From: Octopus bimaculoides
Taxonomy: Eukaryota
Direction of reading: 5' to 3'
Length of the DNA stretch: 40,252 nucleotides
Assembly (NCBI RefSeq): GCF_001194135.2
Contig: NC_068982.1
Location: 151,404,717-151,444,968, forward strand
Below, one piece after another: positions 34,070-40,252 of this stretch (its first letter is position 1; every line of letters starts with the position of its first letter). The translations under genes and the position numbers were made by a program. A model generated the notes under the pieces. The model was not told the origin of the DNA. It saw only the letters and a program-made list of their open reading frames with translations, and made no database searches.

Positions 34070-36166
34070 GTATAAGTGCAAATGGTTTCAGTTAACAAGG
34101 TAACGCTGACGTCATGGTTTTTCAATTCTTCGTCTGTCATTGCTTCCTCGATTTCAAGTATTTCTCTATTTGCAACATTACAGGGTTGAAAAAATATACA
34201 AATATGGATCAGTAAATTAAGTTTTATCAGTGATATTAAAATATCATTATTCAGACTAGTTCTTTGGTTAAAGTAAAAGGCATGGCTTTCTAGAACATTG
34301 TACACAATTTATATTATATTCCAAACAGCATTTCGCAAACGAGCAAAATAAATTAAAAATGTAATGATATAATTTTGTTTCGAAAGCTTTAGTGTTTGAT
34401 TTCAATAGAACATCTCGGATACAGGTGAAAAGGATTGCCAAATTTACTGTACGTACTGACATCAGTTCTTGCATCCATTTGGCAACATTTAAACTTCTCA
34501 TGATCTAAAGTATTACTCTAATTTCTCTTGTAAATTTATACTTTTATACTGAATTACAAGAACCACTACTTATTGAGCTGAAATAAGTATTAGTATTTCT
34601 ATTACTGCTCCAGAAAAAAATTGCTTACCGCTATCTTGTGTTAGAGTATAGATGGACAAAATCATGATGTACAATATTCTGCGTTGCTACTGTTTTTGGC
34701 TCATTTACTGATAATTATCCATAGATGTATTAATAAAACTATCTATGAACCTCTCTCTGACACGTTAAAAAAGAATACATACTAGCCTCTGTTGTGGTGG
34801 AAGTTATTTCAGTAACTTTCATTACAGAAAGTTCAGTAGAGTTTCAGATTAAAGCACTACTACCTACCGAAAGTATTAGCTGCTATAGTCAAATATATTA
34901 AAAGTTTTTTGGCATTTAGATAATTCAAAGCGACCTATACTTGAATGTTAGAAATATAAAGATATTTCTTAAAAATCAAACTCATTGCATTCATAAATTA
35001 TTTCATGAAATTATTTAACAATATATGATTACGGCAGCAACTTACTTTGTCCAGCAAATTTGGAAATTCAAGAACACACAATTCTTTTATACGCCCTAAA
35101 CGTCAACCAAAGCCATACTTGTCTAAAATCATCAATGAAATATTTCAATTTTTTCAGTTCTTATTTTAGAATAATGTAAAGTTAAATCGTAAAAATAAAA
35201 TCTTTACCAAATATCCTTCAAACACTCAAGAACTTGTAATTCAAACACAGATATTTTGTTATAAATATTAAAATTACAATCTGTTCTCAAGTGAAATAGT
35301 AATTGAAGTCAGAAAACTGTTATAAAATCTATCGATTAAACTTACCAGAAAATTCACACTGAATTTGGTGTAGTTAAAGAGAAAATTTTGTTCAGATGGA
35401 GAAACACTTGTTTTCCCTCTCAGTAACAATGTTTTGAAGGACGTTGTCAATCATTTATCTCTGATAAATCTATAACATTATATCATTTGACTAATCGCAA
35501 CTATCTTTAATGTGTAATTAGCCCTATTGACTTTGGAGGAAAGGATGGTTATCGGATTCCATTTCAGTAGGTCATATGAGCATTCTATAAACAATAGGAC
35601 TGTAAGATAGCAAATGTTTTGTGATTTCAGCAGGAAAAATTTTGAGTTTTATAGTTACAATCATTCGACCGAGATGGTTACTACCAATCGAAATAATTCG
35701 TCAAGATAGCAATCAGTTTTAGAGAAGACACTTTGAGGGCTACAATATAAAAACGCCATCTCTGTTTAGGTGTTTGGTTACAAGACTACACAAGGTAGGT
35801 GAATCTGTATAGCGCTGGTGGAGTGGAGAGTGTTATGAGATGTCCGTTAGCGTGGAAAATGGAATTGCAAGACATAACGATAATGTAACAGTTTCGTCAG
35901 GGATACCATGTTTTAAACATTATTTAAAGCGTAGTCAAAGAAGAATGTTCTACTGACATGAATTAGTAAGTAGAACTCATGGACTAGTCAGGAAAAGAAG
36001 TAGCGATCTTACCTTAATGCTTGCAATAGAATAGTTTCCGCGAAAACACCCAAAGTTACAGAAAAGCGTTCTTTAAAATACTAAAGTTTAATAAATAATT
36101 ATAACTTGCAACATCAAGTAGAAAATTATTTTACACCTACAAATCATTCGTTAGTATACAAGTTTC

Positions 36167-36250
36167 TGCGTAGAATGTGGTTGCGTGTTTAAGAAGTTCG
36201 CTTTAAAATCATGTGGTCCTGGTCAATTCCTAAATAACACAGGATCTATT
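36167..36250 (+). mobile_element. Decayed family D SINE head
   Basis: GTGGTTGCGTGTTTAAGAAGTTCGCTTT...CATGTGGTCCTGGTCAATTCC. Confidence 0.45.
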
Positions 36251-37065
36251 CCATCTCAATCACAGATTTTAAAATATTTTTTCTTAACTAAGCAGCTTGA
36301 AACTTCAAATACTGGTAGAATTTCTTACGTAGAACACGGTTTACTCTGAACGTTTTTGACAAAGTTTGGTATTTTAGAAGTTATTTCGTGTCGTAATGTA
36401 TTTTAGAAGTTATTTCGTGTTAAAGTGTTCTATTCGTACGGCGAGAGAACCATCTTTATCCTGTTTTCTTTTCTAGTCAGTTCCGTGCATTCCTTACTCT
36501 TTCCCTCCCTTCTACACTATCAACTAGCAGCCAGCGAGTAAACTTGTCACAACCACTACGATTACCATATTTTCCGGTGTATAAACCGCTATTTGTTATG
36601 TTTTACCTTCACGTTTTGATAATGTTACTTTTTATCTAATAAAGATTTTTTTATATTGACGAAATGTGTTTGTTGTTGATTATAGTAAGATAAAAACATG
36701 ACAATAACAATACATCTCATAGTTGTAAAATAAGGAATTGTGAAACTACATATATGTCAACAACAAAAGAGCTAGCTACGATTCTTCGAACAGAGTGGTG
36801 ACATTTAGTAGAGATGACCCGGAAATTGTTCCTCTTCAATTACTGTCGCAAATAGCAGTAGCTTTTTTCAACCGAATACACGTCGTTGTTTGGTTGAAAT
36901 TACCCAAATACGACAACTTTAACAAGAAATAACTTTTGAAATACCAAATTTTGCCAAAAACGTACAGAGTAAGCCGTGTCCTGCGTGAGACATTCTACCA
37001 GTGTTCGAAGTTTCAAACTGCTTAGTTAAAAAGAATTAATTAAAAACTCTGTGGTTGAGATGGAA

Positions 37066-37075
37066 NNNNNNNNNN

Positions 37076-37106
<31 letters not shown>

Positions 37107-37265
37107 CATACATATATATATACATATATATATATATTTATACATATATATACATGTATACATATATATATATGTATATATATATGTATATACACACACG
37201 CGCACACACACACACGCCCGCACACACACACACATATATATATAGATATATACACACACACACAT
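37066..37265. repeat. 10-N gap followed by a (TA)n/(CA)n tract
   Basis: Seen directly. Confidence 0.95.
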
Positions 37266-37288
37266 TATAGAAACTATTTAGGAGCGTC

Positions 37289-37673
37289 GAATATAGTTGC
37301 TATTTTGCAGACAAGAAAGTAAATTTCGAACGCGGTAAAGCTGTAAGGATAACAGAGAAAGATTAGGTATTTATCCTTATAAGACAGAAAAAAGTTGGCA
37401 GCTGGTGGCTGCAAGGCTTGAACCCGTACTCCCTCAAATACCGTACCTCTCAGATATCTTAAAATTGACGGTAATTGTTGTCAGGGATCGTTTAACTTAA
37501 TGGCTAGAACACCCAGCCGGTATCAGATTCGAGTCCTGTAGTCGCCTGCTGGAAACTTTTTTCCGTCTTATAAGGGTAAATACCGAATTTTTAAATACCT
37601 AGTCTTTCTTTACTGTTCTTACAGCTTTATTGCGTTCGAATTTTACTTTCCTGCCTACAATATATATATATTC
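37289..37673. mobile_element. Fold-back element: two arms of about 155 bp, each with a tRNA-like B-box, in divergent orientation
   Basis: Arm 37289-37443 is the reverse complement of 37518-37673 (shared GAAAGTAAA.TTCGAACGC..TAAAGCTGTAAG, GAAAGA.TAGGTATTTA and CCTTATAAGAC.GAAAAAAGTT). B-boxes GGTTCAAGCC (37424-37415, minus) and GATTCGAGTCC (37526-37536, plus); A-box-like TAACTTAATGG at 37493. Confidence 0.8.
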
Positions 37674-37919
37674 TTATCACAGCTTGTTTAGCAAGAATGT
37701 TTTTTCTTCTTTTTCCGCTCTTTTCACTGGTTTCTTTCAACCATTTAAGTTACTCCTATCATCTTCACTACACGGTATGTTGAGTGGTCTGAAGGTGTAG
37801 GGTTAGGGGACATGCTATAGGCGGTGGTATTCCCAGAAATATATGAAGGTAAATAATTTTCTTTTTTCTCATCACATGTACACTTCTATGAGTAATATAT
37901 TAGTATCTCGAGTGGATGA

Positions 37920-38055
37920 GAGAAATTCTACATAGTCGAGGGATCTACTAGAAATAGCAATTAGATCTTCCTCAATTCACCTCCTACCACCTTACAAACA
38001 GAAGGATCCATTCAATAATGCAGACTGGAAAAAGATTGGGTGGTCAAAACCGGAA
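37920..38055 (-). repeat. Family R dispersed repeat, decayed
   Basis: + strand CTACTAGAAATAGCAATTAGATCTTCCTCAATTCACCTCCTACCACCCTTA...GGATCCATTCAATAATG...GGGTGGTCAAAACCGGAAT. Confidence 0.55.
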
Positions 38056-39494
38056 TAACAGCAAGAATGATATTATTCCAGTTCCTCTCAGTCGTAACAG
38101 ATATAAAGTAGGATTACATAGTGTTTACTCCATTCCTGCTGTATACTTGATCTCTCAATGAATTTAAGTCTTAATTTATCTAGTTCTGTTTTTAACTTCA
38201 TGCCATTGCATGAATTTTGTTTTCACTACTTCCTTTTTCCTGTTCATTCCTATGTCCTTATCATTACCACCCACCTCATACACATTTGGCTATTTTCAAC
38301 AAAATGCCATGCCTATATGTTAATCCTTAAGATATACTATTACAAACAGAAGTCAGGATTTTTTCCTACGATATTTACTCGCAGTAGAGCAAATTCTGCC
38401 GATATACTTATCGTTCGTAAAAATTGCTAGAATGCTATAATATTTCGTAGTTATCGTTACTTATTAACGCCTGCAAAAATAAATATTTATACATGAAAAC
38501 GACATCAAGCATATAATGAAATACTGAATGTTCTATTGAAATTATCTCAGTTGAATTGATATCATTAATATAAAATAATACAACAAATAGAAAAACTCAA
38601 CAAACATTTTCTACTTCTATTAATGTTTGTCTGTTAAAGAGTAGTTTAGGTTACTTGTCAAAGAATTGTGTTGAACTATCAACCTAATGTTAGCAAAATT
38701 CTGAAAAGAAGTAAAACTGGAAAATAAGCAAATGAAAATTAGATTTTAAAATGGGATTAAATATAAAGTTGAAAAAGAAACATGATGTTTGTTAATAGGT
38801 GAGAGAGATAATAATGGGGACAAAAGCAGCATAGAAATTGTTACAATTTCCAAATGACCTGTATTAGGAGTGATTTTCATTTTCTTATATAATTCTGTGT
38901 GAAATAATTATTAAACAATCCTTACTATTTCGCAGGTCCTTATCTTGTATTGCTAAATAGTTTTTTTAATTATCTCTTTCCATAACTTTTCGTTTCAATT
39001 CTCACTGATATCTCTTTCTCGCCTCATTCATTTTTAACTTTCTCATTCGGCCGTTATAGTTGAAGACTGCAAAAAAACTGTATCCAACTGTAAAATTGCT
39101 TAGATCAACAAATAAACTAATTTAAAACAAAAAACGGGTGTTTACTATATTTAGGCATATGATAATCGTTATTCGAAACTGAATGTGTATATGTGTCTCA
39201 TAAAACAAACGCCACCTGCGATGTAATAAAATATTTCATGTGACACTCAAAACACTATCGTTTTAGGCAATATTACGTCCATAACAGAAATATTTACACA
39301 TTTCGAAATCATTAATAGTTAATTAACTAATAACCACGACATTTTAAATTGAGGACCTTGGGCTTAATCTACCCTGACGAGTCGATAATCTTGATAAATT
39401 CTATGATCGTCTGTTTTGTAATTACATTCTGGTTAAAATCAAATACTGATCAACATTTTAGGGAGGTTTAGAAATCATTTTCCTTTTGTAATCA

Positions 39495-39499
<5 letters not shown>

Positions 39500-39544
<45 letters not shown>
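39500..39544. repeat. (TA)n microsatellite
   Basis: Seen directly. Confidence 0.97.
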
Positions 39545-39546
<2 letters not shown>

Positions 39547-39812
39547 CATTACATTGATCATTATCTTTATTGATTTTCCTTCACTAAAATTCGAATCCAG
39601 TGTTGTAAAAATTATTCCTTCCAACTAGGATTTCTCAATAAGAGTTTTATGTTATTACCACAAGAATATACTGACGTATTACTAATTTCCTAAATCCGAA
39701 ACCAATCAGAAAAGACTCCATGCCGTCACCATATCTTAGCTTAATGGTAATAAGAATAATTGTAACAGGGAAAAAACAAAGACAAAACTAGAACAAAACT
39801 AACATTCTATAT

Positions 39813-39960
39813 GCAGGTATGGCTGTGTGATTAAGTTCCTTTTTATTTACGGGTTTTGTTGTTCAATCTTACTGCATAGCAATAAGTTCCTTCTACCCTA
39901 ATGTCGGGTCGACTAAAATCTTGAGTGAAATTATCGAAGGTAAAATTATTGAAACCGATT
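39813..39960 (+). mobile_element. Decayed family D SINE, 5' half
   Basis: GCAGGTATGGCTGTGTGATTAAG...GTTCAATCTTACTGC...CCTTCTACCCTAATGTCGGGTCGACTAAAATCTTGAGTGAAATT. Confidence 0.6.
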
Positions 39961-40214
39961 GCAGGAACCGTTTCTCTTCTTTCAAATCTGTTGTTAGGTT
40001 TAATAATACCTGGCTCTTAGGTGTATTTAACAAGGAAAACTCTGTTGAAAGTATTTGAGTCAGATTCACGATTTGAAAATGTCTTCCTTCCTTATTTCCA
40101 ACAGTTTCTGATACTCTGAAAAGTAGTCATCGGTGCTTCCGTTCTTCCCTTGATTAAATGGTAGTTACAAGTAACTAGGCAACATATTATGGAATTAACA
40201 CAACTTACGTCCTT

Positions 40215-40218
<4 letters not shown>

Positions 40219-40252
<34 letters not shown>
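40219..40252. repeat. (TA)n microsatellite at the window end
   Basis: Seen directly. Confidence 0.95.

Noticed and set aside
34045-34501. Minus-strand ORFs 34045..34305 and 34268..34501 as gene exons
   Set aside because: No recognisable domain; the first ORF ends inside a family R repeat and splice sites are unconvincing.
36563-36584. pogo-like TIR (TACCATATTTTCCGGTGTATAA)
   Set aside because: No partner TIR was found in the window.
37486-37550. Functional tRNA gene
   Set aside because: A- and B-box-like motifs are present but no complete cloverleaf or acceptor stem; treated as part of the fold-back element.
39372-39412. Hammerhead core CTGACGAGTC...GATAAA
   Set aside because: GAAA and stems I and III are missing; the segment is better explained as a family R fragment.

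Overview
AT-rich, microsatellite-dense eukaryotic sequence with five N gaps and no recognisable intact host gene. Most ORF-track entries are translations of simple repeats or gaps. The SINE families look like the abundant octopus tRNA-derived SINEs, so the source is probably an octopod; this is my recognition, not a database result. The window is a transposon graveyard. It holds a decayed CR1-like LINE (about 11.6-13.7 kb, minus), a Neptune-type Penelope-like element (PLE) with an inverted copy of its 3' end (13.7-15.7 kb), and an older PLE remnant (about 18.0-18.7 kb). It also holds an R4/Dong-like restriction-like-endonuclease retroposon inside (CATA)n (32.3-32.8 kb), more than 15 SINE copies or fragments, a hAT MITE, a Helitron-like element and an unclassified repeat of about 200 bp with (GTA)n tails. 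The most unusual structures are a head-to-head (TTAGGG)n/(CCCTAA)n palindrome at 30.7-30.9 kb, a near-complete minimal type I hammerhead ribozyme at 20567-20607 (with more decayed cores elsewhere), a fold-back element with divergent Pol III B-boxes (37.3-37.7 kb), and a small element that may split a perfect 24-bp palindrome (17.7-17.9 kb). All family names come from motif recognition without any search. Boundaries of decayed elements are approximate.
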